The notes beneath the pieces were generated by a model. The model saw nothing but the letters and a program-made list of their open reading frames with translations. It had not been told where the DNA came from and did no database searches. Both the position numbers and the translations under genes were made by a program. Shown piece after piece: positions 1-9,575 of a DNA stretch of 64,000 nt. The stretch covers positions 11,072-75,071 of the forward strand of contig JAIXUU010000025.1 of assembly GCA_027483405.1 (NCBI GenBank), given 5' to 3'. The stretch comes from Planctomyces sp. (lineage in GTDB: Bacteria; Planctomycetota; Planctomycetia; Planctomycetales; Planctomycetaceae). Each line of letters opens with the position of its first letter. The first letter of the stretch is position 1.

Positions 1-2223
1 GTCCGTGTTCGAGATATCGTTGATGGTACAGATCCTGATTCGTATCGCTGGCTGGCGACAGGATTGACCACGGCCCGCCTGCTCCATGGTTCGGCTAATA
101 CGATCGGCGGGCAGGACGCGGTCGTTCAAATGAAGATCGGTGCATCCACCCACGATCATCTCTTCCCTTTCTCTCGTCAGGGTGTGAAGTTCGCCCTCGG
201 GGAAAACGTGAAACGCAAGAATGGGCGTTTCCCGAATACGCGGCTGGGAGTCGAAGCTACGATCACCAGGGCTTTTGTCGAATCGCTCGATTATCGCTCC
301 CGCTGGATGGCCTATGATCGGCTCTCTGCCGAGGAAAAAGCCAAGACGCTTCCACCAAGGCGTGATCTGCGACTTGAAGCCTTATCCAAAATTCTGGCTG
401 GCGAGATCCTGATCCATTCGCATTGTTACCGGTCTGATGAAATTCTCATGCTGCTCCGCGTCGCCAGTTCTCACGGAATTCGCATTCAATCGCTGCAGCA
501 TGTCCTCGAAGGATTCAAAATTGCTCCGGAGATTGCAGCCCACGGGGCCAGCACCAGTACCTTTGCTGATCACTGGGCCTACAAAGTAGAAGCCTATGAT
601 GCGACGCCTTACAACGCGGCTATGTTGCTGCAGGCGGGGGCGAGTGTGGTGATCAAGAGTGATTTCCCTGTCACTCCCAATGCTTTGAACCATGAGGCCG
701 CCAAGTCTATTCGACATGGAAATGTGCCTCCGGAAGTGGCACTTCAGTTTGTGACGAGAAATCCCGCTCGAGAGCTGGGAATCGATGAGCATGTGGGGAC
801 CATCGAAATCGGCAAACTGGGCGACGTTGCGATCTTCAACACGCATCCCATGAGTGGATTCTCCCGGTGCGAAAAGACGTTCATTGGTGGCGAGTGGTAC
901 TTCGATCGATCCAGGCAACCGGCAGTCATGTCGGAGGCAGCTGCCAAAGCCTCCGAGAAAATTCCAGCACCAGACTGGCCTCCTGCTGAAAAGCGTTTGC
1001 CAGTGATGGAATGGCCAGAAAATCTGGGCAAGGAATACCTCCTCGTCAATTGTGAGATTCATCCCGTGGATCAACCGAAAATCAAGCTGGGGATGATTCA
1101 CATTAAGGAGGGAAAGATTCATGCACTGGGTGAGAAGCTTGAGGCCGATCCGTCCATTACGAGAATTGATCTCCAGGGAAGACGAGTTTTCCCGGGGATG
1201 ATCGATGCCAGCACGACTGTCGGCATCACAGAGATCAGCCAGCTTTCGGTCACTTCGGATTACTCCGAGATTGGCCAGTTCCAACCCGATCTGGCCGCAG
1301 CAGCGGCTGTGAATCCTGATTCTGAGCACATTTTCACTGCACGATCCGGTGGGATTACTCTGGCGGGTTTGAGTCCACAAGGTGGTCGCATCAGCGGGCA
1401 GAACTCGATCATCGCTCTCCAGGGCTGGACATCAGCCGAGATGACACTTCTTCGGGATGCGGGTTTGCAGATCCAGTGGCCAGGTGGCGATTCAAATGAG
1501 GGAGCAATTCGTGAACTGAAAGCGATGTTTACTGCTGCCCGAACGTATGCAGCAGCGATTTCGAAATCACCAGAATCTTTACTGACGCAAAGGGATCTGC
1601 GCCTGGAGGCGATGATCCCCTATGCCTCTGGCGAGAAGAAGGTGTTTATCGAAGCCAATACAGAGAAACAGATTGCGGAAGCACTCCTGTTTATTGAAGC
1701 AGAGAAGCTCCAGGCCGTGATTACTGGTGGGGCAGATGCCTGGAAACTGGCTGACGAACTCGCATCCCGAAAGATTCCTGTGATTGTGGGTGGCGTCATC
1801 CGGCGGCCCATTCACTCCTGGGATCCATTTGATGCCTGTTACGCCAATGCCGGGCGTTTGCACGAAGCCGGTGTCAAGATTGCGTTTCGTTCCGATGGAG
1901 CACCAGATAGCCGCAATACACCGTTCCATGCGGCGACTTCTGTGGCTTACGGGTTGCCGGAAAATGAGGCCATTAAAGCGATCACCATCTCTGCCGCCGA
2001 GATTCTGGGAGTTGGCGAACAGACTGGATCGATCACCCCCGGTAAGCGAGCTGACCTGGTCATTGCTGATGGCTCAATTCTTCTGCAGGGGACGCAGATT
2101 CATGGCGTTCTGATCGGGGGATCTGCAGTGCCGATTGATTCCCGACAACATCGTCTGGCAAAGAAGTACCAGGCTCGTTTGCCCAAACCTGCCCAGGGTG
2201 GTTTTGAAGTGCGAATTCCCTGA
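1..2223 (+). CDS. Amidohydrolase-family protein with two tandem amidohydrolase domains (5'-partial; frame is open from base 1)
   Basis: Frame 1 has no stop from position 1. Domain 1: LLHGSANTIGGQ, HSHCYRSDE, LQHVLEG, GTIEIGKLGDVAIF. Domain 2: FPGMIDA...GSITPGKRADLVI. Confidence 0.85.
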   Translation, partial: VRVRDIVDGTDPDSYRWLATGLTTARLLHGSANTIGGQDAVVQMKIGASTHDHLFPFSRQGVKFALGENVKRKNGRFPNTRLGVEATITRAFVESLDYRSRWMAYDRLSAEEKAKTLPPRRDLRLEALSKILAGEILIHSHCYRSDEILMLLRVASSHGIRIQSLQHVLEGFKIAPEIAAHGASTSTFADHWAYKVEAYDATPYNAAMLLQAGASVVIKSDFPVTPNALNHEAAKSIRHGNVPPEVALQFVTRNPARELGIDEHVGTIEIGKLGDVAIFNTHPMSGFSRCEKTFIGGEWYFDRSRQPAVMSEAAAKASEKIPAPDWPPAEKRLPVMEWPENLGKEYLLVNCEIHPVDQPKIKLGMIHIKEGKIHALGEKLEADPSITRIDLQGRRVFPGMIDASTTVGITEISQLSVTSDYSEIGQFQPDLAAAAAVNPDSEHIFTARSGGITLAGLSPQGGRISGQNSIIALQGWTSAEMTLLRDAGLQIQWPGGDSNEGAIRELKAMFTAARTYAAAISKSPESLLTQRDLRLEAMIPYASGEKKVFIEANTEKQIAEALLFIEAEKLQAVITGGADAWKLADELASRKIPVIVGGVIRRPIHSWDPFDACYANAGRLHEAGVKIAFRSDGAPDSRNTPFHAATSVAYGLPENEAIKAITISAAEILGVGEQTGSITPGKRADLVIADGSILLQGTQIHGVLIGGSAVPIDSRQHRLAKKYQARLPKPAQGGFEVRIP

Positions 2224-2300
2224 AAAGGTCGGTTCAGAATCTGTGCAGAAGGCGATCTCCTGAGCAGAACTTGTCTGCACAGATCTGGTGCTGAAAAATC

Positions 2301-2342
2301 ACCCAGGCGAGATCACTTGAGGGGTTGTGATCTCGCCTGGGT
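2301..2342. terminator. Long hairpin between convergent genes, probable bidirectional terminator
   Basis: acccaggcgagatcac / gtgatctcgcctgggt form a 16-bp perfect stem. Confidence 0.6.
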
Positions 2343-2365
2343 ATTAACGGTCGATGCCTTGAGTT

Positions 2366-3496
2366 TTAACGGACTTCGGTCTTCGCAGGGTTCTCTGCCT
2401 GACGAGTTGATTCTGAGGACTTATCGGGCAGGGCCTGAACGAGACGTTGCACATCGGTCCGTCGAAGAACTTGCTCGGTTCGCATGTAACGACGTGGGTT
2501 CTCTTTGAATCGATCACGCGATTCGCGAGAAACGAAGAGGAAGAGACTGTCATCATAAAACGCTGCGAACTGAGTTGAACCACTGACGGCTTTGGTTGTG
2601 TCCCACAAGACGACGGGGTCACATCCCAGAAGTTTCGGTGCAAACTGTTCGGGGGTCAGTTTGAAATCGGCCAGCTCTTGTTCTGTAGCCATGAAGTAGG
2701 TGATTCCCTGATGATCCCACGCGAAACGGCTGTCACCTCGCATCCATTGTCTGGCTCTTTGCAATGCCACCGGACTGAAACCATCCAGTCCAACGTCATC
2801 AGCATTGGCCATCGATTGTGATGGAGCCGATTTTCGCTCAAAGTTCTGATTCCCGGGAAGTGTTGCCGGTACTTTGTTCTGCATCCTTTGAGTCGGTGCA
2901 GCTTGGGCCAGGCTCATCGAGTATTTTTGAGCCACTCCACCAATCATCGAAGTGTAAGCTCCGACATCGAGATAGTTCTCGGAATGCAGGAGAACCTTGC
3001 CATTTCGAGGATCGATCATGACATCGGCAGGCAACCCCCGGACGCCATATTGTTGAACGAGCTGTGGATTCTGATCGGAGTCAACTTTCACAGCAGCCAC
3101 AGAAGTGCGCAAAAGCTGTTGAACTTGGGGATGAGGAAAGACACCCCGCTCCATCTGTTGGCATGGCCCGCACCAGGTAGCTGAGAAATGCAGCAGCACA
3201 GGTTTGTTCGTGCGGCTGGCTTCCTGGAGTGCTGTGTTATAGCTGCCCAGCCAGACACTTCCCTGCCCTCCCTGTGGATGTCCTCCCTGAGGATACTGCG
3301 CCCAGGCCGATTGTCCTGTGATGAAGACCATGAGAACCAGACCCATCGATCGCAGTCCCTTCTGGAAGGCCACGATTGTGTTGGAACAGATGTAGGACTG
3401 TGCATCCTGGCTCGAACGGTGCAGACATGAAGAGAGCATGAGTGGGCGGCTCCGAAGACAAATCCGTTTTGCAGCATTCGCACTGCAACCACTCAA
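2366..3496 (-). CDS. Exported thioredoxin-family protein with C-terminal YHS-like domains (true start possibly 3346)
   Basis: FSATWCGPC active site after a signal-like hydrophobic segment; C-terminal GLDGFSPVAL...G..Y.F and LGCDPV..F.F.S repeats. Confidence 0.75.
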   Translation of the reverse strand: MSGCSANAAKRICLRSRPLMLSSCLHRSSQDAQSYICSNTIVAFQKGLRSMGLVLMVFITGQSAWAQYPQGGHPQGGQGSVWLGSYNTALQEASRTNKPVLLHFSATWCGPCQQMERGVFPHPQVQQLLRTSVAAVKVDSDQNPQLVQQYGVRGLPADVMIDPRNGKVLLHSENYLDVGAYTSMIGGVAQKYSMSLAQAAPTQRMQNKVPATLPGNQNFERKSAPSQSMANADDVGLDGFSPVALQRARQWMRGDSRFAWDHQGITYFMATEQELADFKLTPEQFAPKLLGCDPVVLWDTTKAVSGSTQFAAFYDDSLFLFVSRESRDRFKENPRRYMRTEQVLRRTDVQRLVQALPDKSSESTRQAENPAKTEVR

Positions 3497-3703
3497 CCTT
3501 GCCTCATGAAAAAGTTGCCGCCGTCAGGAAGTTTCTTCGGTGAAGAGAAAGTCGAGAGAACTCGACGGAGACTGAGTTCTGCTCTCTTTAAGGGCGCTTT
3601 GCCGCATAAGTAGAATTGGAAGTCTGGGTAGAGTTTGACGACGGCGGATGGTGTTTGGCTTCTAACGGGATGTTCTTGAGAAGGATCGATTCAGAAGCAT
3701 TCT

Positions 3704-4381
3704 TCACCAGAAGACAGCCGCTCTGCCTGCCACGGAATTCCCTGTTTCTGGTGGGTGGGACTCAACTTTTGATTCGGCAAGATGATTTGACGATGGAAGT
3801 TTGGCCAGGCTTAGGAAGTTGGACAATAATCGGTGGCCACCTTGTGTCAGTATCGATTCCGGATGAAATTGCACGCCAAAAGTGGCATGGGTTCGGTGGC
3901 CAACGGCCATGAGCACGGGGGTATCGTGAGGTGCGTCGAGAGTCCATGCCAAAGGCTCCAGTTCGTCTGGTAAATCATGATGATCAATCACCAGTGAGTG
4001 ATAGCGGCCAGCTTGAAAAGTTTCTGGCAGACCATGGAACAGAGCGTGGCCATGATGAGTGACGCTTGATGCTTCTCCATGGAGGGGACGATGTGCCCGC
4101 ACGACTTTGCCGCCAAAGGCGGCACCAATCGCCTGATGCCCCAGACAGATGCCGAGTATGGGAATCTTCCCTGATAGTTGCTTGATGACTTCCAGAGAAA
4201 TCCCCGCTTCTGTAGGTGAGCATGGGCCAGGTGAGATGACAATGGCAGACGGGGCCATTTCGATGATCTGGTGGATCGAAAGGACATCATTTCTGACGAC
4301 ACGAACGTTCTGGCCAAGCTCGACCAGATAGCGGGCGACGTTCTGGACGAAGCTGTCATAATTGTCGATGATCAGCAGCAT
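3704..4381 (-). CDS. pabA: Aminodeoxychorismate/anthranilate synthase component II (glutamine amidotransferase)
   Basis: MLLIIDNYDSF, SPGPCSP, GICLGHQ, RYHSL, GVQFHPES; adjacent to component I. Confidence 0.9.
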   Translation of the reverse strand: MLLIIDNYDSFVQNVARYLVELGQNVRVVRNDVLSIHQIIEMAPSAIVISPGPCSPTEAGISLEVIKQLSGKIPILGICLGHQAIGAAFGGKVVRAHRPLHGEASSVTHHGHALFHGLPETFQAGRYHSLVIDHHDLPDELEPLAWTLDAPHDTPVLMAVGHRTHATFGVQFHPESILTQGGHRLLSNFLSLAKLPSSNHLAESKVESHPPETGNSVAGRAAVFW

Positions 4382-4488
4382 GTGGCACTTATCAGGCGTG
4401 GTCTATGGGTGGTCTATGGCGATCAGCGGGCATCATGAAAATAGCATCTCTTGCACTTCAAACGGAACAGTTTGACGCAAATGGATCT

Positions 4489-5925
4489 TTACGCACTCGA
4501 ATGGGATCGAGTCAGAGCCGCGAGCATTCCAGAGGCTTTGGTTAATGTTTCCTCGAACTCTTGAACAGGGTCGGAATTGACGACAATCCCGCCCCCAACT
4601 CCCAGTTGCAGCCAGCCCTCGCTCGCAATGAATGTGCGAATGAGAATACTGCTGTCGCACCAGAGATCGGGGGTCATGTAGAACAATGTTCCTGTGTAAG
4701 GGCCTCGTGTGGTGGGTTCCAGTTCAGCAATGATTTCCGTCGCTCGAACTTTCGGTGCTCCCGTGATCGAACCACCGGGAAAACAGGCTCGAAGGGCGTC
4801 CCAGGAGTCAAAAGACTCGGAGAGTTCTCCCGTGACAACACTCACGAGATGTTGAACAGTCCGATAGGTTTCCACTTCGCATAATGCAGGAACGTTCACG
4901 CTGCCGGCACAACAAACTCGCGAGAGATCGTTCCTCAGCAGATCCACAATCATCACATTCTCGGCCACATCCTTGCGGCTTTCTCGCAATTCGTCGCGTA
5001 GAAATAAATCCGCTTCAGCACCTTGCCTCCGGCGTGTCCCCTTGATGGGGCGTGTCTCAACGCTTTGCTTTTCGATCTTGAGAAATCGTTCGGGAGAAGC
5101 ACTCAATAACGACCATTTGGGCCTTTGCCAAAATGCCATGAATGGCGAGGGATTGTGCTGACGGAGCCTCTCCCAGATCTGCAGGCTGGGTATGGTTTGT
5201 GGAGTCAATAGACGCTGAGTCAGGTTGGCCTGAAAGATGTCGCCGGCCCGGATGTACTCGATCACACGATCTACAGCCTGAAGATAATCCTCCCTGCTAA
5301 AGTTACTCCAGATGTTGTCGTGTCCAGCTAATGCAAACGACGGTGCAGAGAGGCTTTCCAAAGAGCGATAGCTTATGTCTCCCTTTGGAGGAATCTGAGG
5401 AGTTAGATCAGTGACCTTCTGCTCAAGCAAATTCATAAATTGACGTGCCCGCGCTGTCGCCCTTTTTGCACGAGCTGCCGGTTCGATTTCGGGCCAGCCT
5501 TGAGAGATCAACCAACCTCGATTCTCAATATGATCCCAGGCAAAAACGACATCGTAAAAACTCATCGAGAAATCTGGGATGAGAAAGTCGCGATGTCTGG
5601 CTGACGGCATGCGATCAAACGCCCGACCGGCTTCATAAGAAAGCACCCCGGCGAAGCCACCCTGAAAAGGAGGAAGTTCCGGCTGACGCTCGAATGGCAG
5701 ATTCTTCATCACCTCGGCGATGGGGCTCAAAGGATCTGTTGATGGTTGGACGTTGTATTCATCGCTTAATGACCAGGGGTCGGCCATGACATACGAGTAT
5801 CTGCCCAGATGGGCGTGTTGAACAGCACTTTCGAGTACGCACAGTGCATTGAGTGACGCCAGTCGATGGGTCACGAATTGGGGGTGCATTTCCGCAATCA
5901 AGGGAATGACAACAGGGGGGATCAT
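4489..5925 (-). CDS. pabB: Aminodeoxychorismate synthase component I
   Basis: GDIFQANL, SASPERF, TRPIKGT, AENVMIVDLLRNDL, FPGGSITGAPK (the PabB form), GVGGGIV. Confidence 0.9.
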   Translation of the reverse strand: MIPPVVIPLIAEMHPQFVTHRLASLNALCVLESAVQHAHLGRYSYVMADPWSLSDEYNVQPSTDPLSPIAEVMKNLPFERQPELPPFQGGFAGVLSYEAGRAFDRMPSARHRDFLIPDFSMSFYDVVFAWDHIENRGWLISQGWPEIEPAARAKRATARARQFMNLLEQKVTDLTPQIPPKGDISYRSLESLSAPSFALAGHDNIWSNFSREDYLQAVDRVIEYIRAGDIFQANLTQRLLTPQTIPSLQIWERLRQHNPSPFMAFWQRPKWSLLSASPERFLKIEKQSVETRPIKGTRRRQGAEADLFLRDELRESRKDVAENVMIVDLLRNDLSRVCCAGSVNVPALCEVETYRTVQHLVSVVTGELSESFDSWDALRACFPGGSITGAPKVRATEIIAELEPTTRGPYTGTLFYMTPDLWCDSSILIRTFIASEGWLQLGVGGGIVVNSDPVQEFEETLTKASGMLAALTRSHSSA

Positions 5926-7391
5926 GCAGGACGTTCCTCCTGTCTTTGATTTTCTAAGGTCATGTCGTCATATCGATCCTGCTGCTGACGCCGTTCTTGC
6001 TTACGACGTTCTGTAGCACTGATTTCTGGTTCGGTGAGAAATCCCCAGCGGAGAGATTGATCCTGCTGATAATGTTTGCCAAGTGTTAATGCGGTCTTGG
6101 CTTTGCAGAGTTCGTAGCCAAGGTAAAAGGCATGTTCGGCAGTCAAAGTTCCCACACAGGCGATCATCCGATCATAGACTTCGTATGGGTCATTGCCATG
6201 CCAGTATCCATCGCGATTAAACAAGTGAATCTCGCCCCGCTCGGCAAAAATGCGAAAGTTCGGGTCTGTGACAAGCTGTCTTAAATGTGTCAGGCCTGCT
6301 TCGCCCTGCTCTTTCAGTTTAGGGTCCCGCAGAAGAACAAGGCTTCCGCCCAGATGCTTGGGCACCCGTTGTTGTTCAATTGCGAAATGAGTCAGCCGCC
6401 GGGCAATCTCAAACTCCCGAATGGAAGATCGACTCCAGTTGATCACTTCGGTTGTCAGGATGCTTTCAATCCGCCACTCGGTACATAAGGCTGCCAGAAG
6501 AAAGTTGACACCTGAACTGTCCACTTCGGTCATCTCTGTCAAGTTCCCGACCCCCATCATCATTTTGTCAGCGGGGAACTGCTGGCGTATTTGCCGATAG
6601 CGATTGATGGATTCTCCAAATCCAAATCCGATGGGTTCCAGAATGGGGTCGAGTCGAAAAGGAGTCCCTGAACTGAGAAATGCCTCGCGAGTGGTAACGA
6701 GCGTCTCCAGATTCTGAGGATGATCAGGAACCAGGACAAATTCGGCATTGGTCGATTGGGCCCAATCGCGGTTCGATGAATTGGCACTTAAGACAAGTTT
6801 GACTCCCGAGGCGACAGCCCGCTGGACTTCGTCTTGTGAGAAACTGTCGATCGATAGTCGGAAGCCGTGGCGATGAAGCGTTTGAATGGTGGTTTCGAGT
6901 TCGGGCCAGGCCACACCCGGAAGGCAACCGAGATCAATCACGTCAGCACCTGATTCGCGATAAGACTCCGCTTGCCTCAGAATCTGATCCAGAGAGAGTC
7001 GGGGGGCGTGATTAATCTCGGCGAGTATTTGAATTGTATGTTGCGTGAGATCTGGTGGCGTCTTTTGATCCTGCCCAAAGAATTCCGGCAGGTCAAACAG
7101 ATCTTTCGGGCCGCGAATGACCGGGAATCCCAGAAACTCATTCAGTGAATTCAATTCCCCTTCGACTGATCCGGGAAGGATTGCCTGATCAAATACACTG
7201 TACTCAAGGAGTGATTCTTTGAGTTTTCGCAGAATCCATGGTGTGGTCATCAGTGCTGCGACAGTGATCCCCAACACGCGAATCTCAAATTCAAAATTGG
7301 CTTTTTGAGAAAGGGGAAGGAGTGTCTGGCGCAGCGAATGCTCTGCCAGTTTTCCAGTGATGAACAGCAATCGTGGACGAGGTTTTTCCAA
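5922..7391 (-). CDS. Dihydropteroate synthase-related pterin-binding protein (Orf20/DUF6513-DUF4346 type; methanopterin-pathway associated)
   Basis: N-terminal LFITGKLAE, TIM-barrel GADVIDLGC and SIDSF, GVGNLTEMTEVDSSGVN, C-terminal HAFYLGYELCKA..AL..GK.Y.QD; overlaps pabB by 4 nt. Confidence 0.8.
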   Translation of the reverse strand: MEKPRPRLLFITGKLAEHSLRQTLLPLSQKANFEFEIRVLGITVAALMTTPWILRKLKESLLEYSVFDQAILPGSVEGELNSLNEFLGFPVIRGPKDLFDLPEFFGQDQKTPPDLTQHTIQILAEINHAPRLSLDQILRQAESYRESGADVIDLGCLPGVAWPELETTIQTLHRHGFRLSIDSFSQDEVQRAVASGVKLVLSANSSNRDWAQSTNAEFVLVPDHPQNLETLVTTREAFLSSGTPFRLDPILEPIGFGFGESINRYRQIRQQFPADKMMMGVGNLTEMTEVDSSGVNFLLAALCTEWRIESILTTEVINWSRSSIREFEIARRLTHFAIEQQRVPKHLGGSLVLLRDPKLKEQGEAGLTHLRQLVTDPNFRIFAERGEIHLFNRDGYWHGNDPYEVYDRMIACVGTLTAEHAFYLGYELCKAKTALTLGKHYQQDQSLRWGFLTEPEISATERRKQERRQQQDRYDDMTLENQRQEERPA

Positions 7392-7468
7392 GACGAGGTC
7401 ACGTTATTCCAAAAGAAATTCAACGGAATTCAGCACAGCCGATTTTGACTCTGAAATCGATCATTCTA

Positions 7469-8251
7469 TCATCGAACTGCACCACCGTTGACGTTAATCA
7501 CTTGTCCGGTGATAAAAGAGGCCTCTTCGCTGACCAGAAATCGAACTGCCCGAGCGATATCTTCTGGCAATCCCCATCGTTTCAGCGGGGTTTCTCGCAT
7601 GACCCGCTCTTGCCAGACCGGGCTGGCGGTTTCTCCCCAGGCGGTTTTGATCCATCCGGGAGCGACACAATTCAAGCGGACTTCAGGGGCAAAACTGACT
7701 GCCATCGAACGGGTGAAACCCATGACGGCATTCTTGGCTGCTGCGAAAAGTTCACCACTTTCCCCCTCCATGCCTCGATCTGCCTGATCCCAGCCGATGT
7801 TGATAATGCACCCTTTGCCCCGAGATTTCATACGCATGGCGATCGCGCGGGAAAGCTGATACGTTGCACGCACATCAACTGAGTGCAAAAGATCAATTTT
7901 ATTGATGGCTGGGAGGCGAGCCTCTTCGGTCGTGAGGAGATCCACCCCGGCATTATTGACCCAGATGTCAATCGATCCCATTTCTGACCATGCTTGTTCG
8001 GCCAAAGATTCGACCGCATCGTTGTTCCGCAGGTCTGCCTGAAAAATATGCGTTGTCCCTCCTTTTGAGAGGATCGACTTTCGGATTTGCTCTATTGAAT
8101 TGATCGATTTTCGAGAGTGTAAGCCGACCGTGGCCCCTGCCTGAGAAAGTTCCAGAGCAATTGCCTTTCCAATACCAGATGAACTCCCGGTGATGACTGC
8201 ATTCAGCCCGTGTAAGCTGCAGAATGCTTTCTTTTCAGGCATATTTGTCAT
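7469..8251 (-). CDS. SDR-family oxidoreductase with atypical active site (FxxxK instead of YxxxK)
   Basis: TGSSSGIG, WVNNAG, NCVAPGWIKT, ITGQVINVNGG. Start trimmed to MTNMPEK (the ORF track starts at 8362). Confidence 0.88.
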   Translation of the reverse strand: MTNMPEKKAFCSLHGLNAVITGSSSGIGKAIALELSQAGATVGLHSRKSINSIEQIRKSILSKGGTTHIFQADLRNNDAVESLAEQAWSEMGSIDIWVNNAGVDLLTTEEARLPAINKIDLLHSVDVRATYQLSRAIAMRMKSRGKGCIINIGWDQADRGMEGESGELFAAAKNAVMGFTRSMAVSFAPEVRLNCVAPGWIKTAWGETASPVWQERVMRETPLKRWGLPEDIARAVRFLVSEEASFITGQVINVNGGAVR

Positions 8252-8943
8252 CGCTGACGTGCTCCACTGGGGAAGAAAAACCTCATGAAAAGACCATGAG
8301 AACGGAATCATAACAGGCAGCGAACATATCCACACAACAGAGTGTCCACATGTGTGGCACACAATCTGCTGCTAAAGTTAGATGTTGGAACAGAAAAGAT
8401 GATCTGTCACAAATTCAGTGATCGTTTATGAAGGTGTTTTAACATCAATCGCGGCAGAGATTTACATTTCTACCACTTTTGGGAGAAATGCTTGTTGTGG
8501 CGAGAGTGTTGTTGACGGACTGTCCTCCAGGTTGCAAAATACGTTGGAGGAACAATCAGTCATGCGACATATTTAGGAATACTGATGTTCGTTTGGCAGA
8601 TTTCATGTAATGGGATAATCTGAAATCGCTAAATCCTTGCAAGTGTTTTGAGCAACTGTAAGGCAATGGTCTCGGGAAATGCTGAATAAGTGTGAACAGA
8701 CCTGCTGAATTGCTGCAGGTGAGCTCAACAGATCAATATAAATTGTTGTGTGGGTTCATCGAAATTGGTGTGAAGACTGAGATTGTGGTTCTGGTTTTTT
8801 GATCGATGTGTTTGATTCCAGGCACCAAGTTAACTCTGAGTGCTGATGGATTTGGAATAGTAAAACTTTGACCTGACTGATTTCACCCGCCGAATGGATC
8901 GGCGTCACTCAGTCATGGTCCTTTTAAGTAGAGAGCGAATATA

Positions 8944-9339
8944 ATGATTTCGAACGTTGCCGAACCTTTGGTCGAAAAAGGTTCATCCTTCCCCGATCTG
9001 TCGACTCAGCTTGAGAAAGACCTCGTTCAGGTCTTTAAGCTGTTGGCCGATGAAACTCGCCTGCGTATCCTGATGTATCTGATGAAAGATCAGGAATTGC
9101 ATGTGACTGCCCTCTGCGAGCGCCTGGGTCAGAGCCAGCCAGCAGTCAGCCATCACCTGGCTTTACTCCGCGTAGCTGGTCTGATTGAAGCCCGTCGCGA
9201 TGGTAAGCACAATTTCTACAGTGTGCGCCAGAAGCATTTCCACCGCATTATGGCTGAACTCTTCTCCAGCATTGGAGATGGCGAGCGTGACCGAATCCGC
9301 TTCAAGAACTTCGTGCTGTCACAGGAAGAGAACGCCTAA
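8944..9339 (+). CDS. ArsR/SmtB-family transcriptional regulator
   Basis: FKLLADETRLRIL, SQPAVSHHLALLR, RRDGKHNFYS. Confidence 0.9.
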   Translation: MISNVAEPLVEKGSSFPDLSTQLEKDLVQVFKLLADETRLRILMYLMKDQELHVTALCERLGQSQPAVSHHLALLRVAGLIEARRDGKHNFYSVRQKHFHRIMAELFSSIGDGERDRIRFKNFVLSQEENA

Positions 9340-9431
9340 GGTGCTTCCAGTCCGGGGATGATCCTGGACGTGATGGGTCAGATACATTGAGACTTGAGGT
9401 TTTGCTTACTTCAAAGGCTCGACAAAATGTG

Positions 9432-9467
9432 AGGAACCGTAGTGAAAACACTGCGGTTCCTTTTTTT
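9432..9467 (+). terminator. Intrinsic terminator downstream of the ArsR gene
   Basis: aggaaccgtagtg-aaaa-cactgcggttcct followed by a T-run. Confidence 0.8.
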
Positions 9468-9575
9468 ACATTCATGATCGCGATACGCTTTAATAACGCT
9501 TGGAATCTGTGTGATGTATTGAACTTGATCAAAGCCATTTTTTAAGGCTTTCCAGGAAAGGTGAGGCGCTGTCTG

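Noticed and set aside
8252-8943. RNA gene or riboswitch in the AT-rich gap between the SDR and ArsR genes
   Set aside because: No convincing structure or repeat; consistent with a divergent promoter region.
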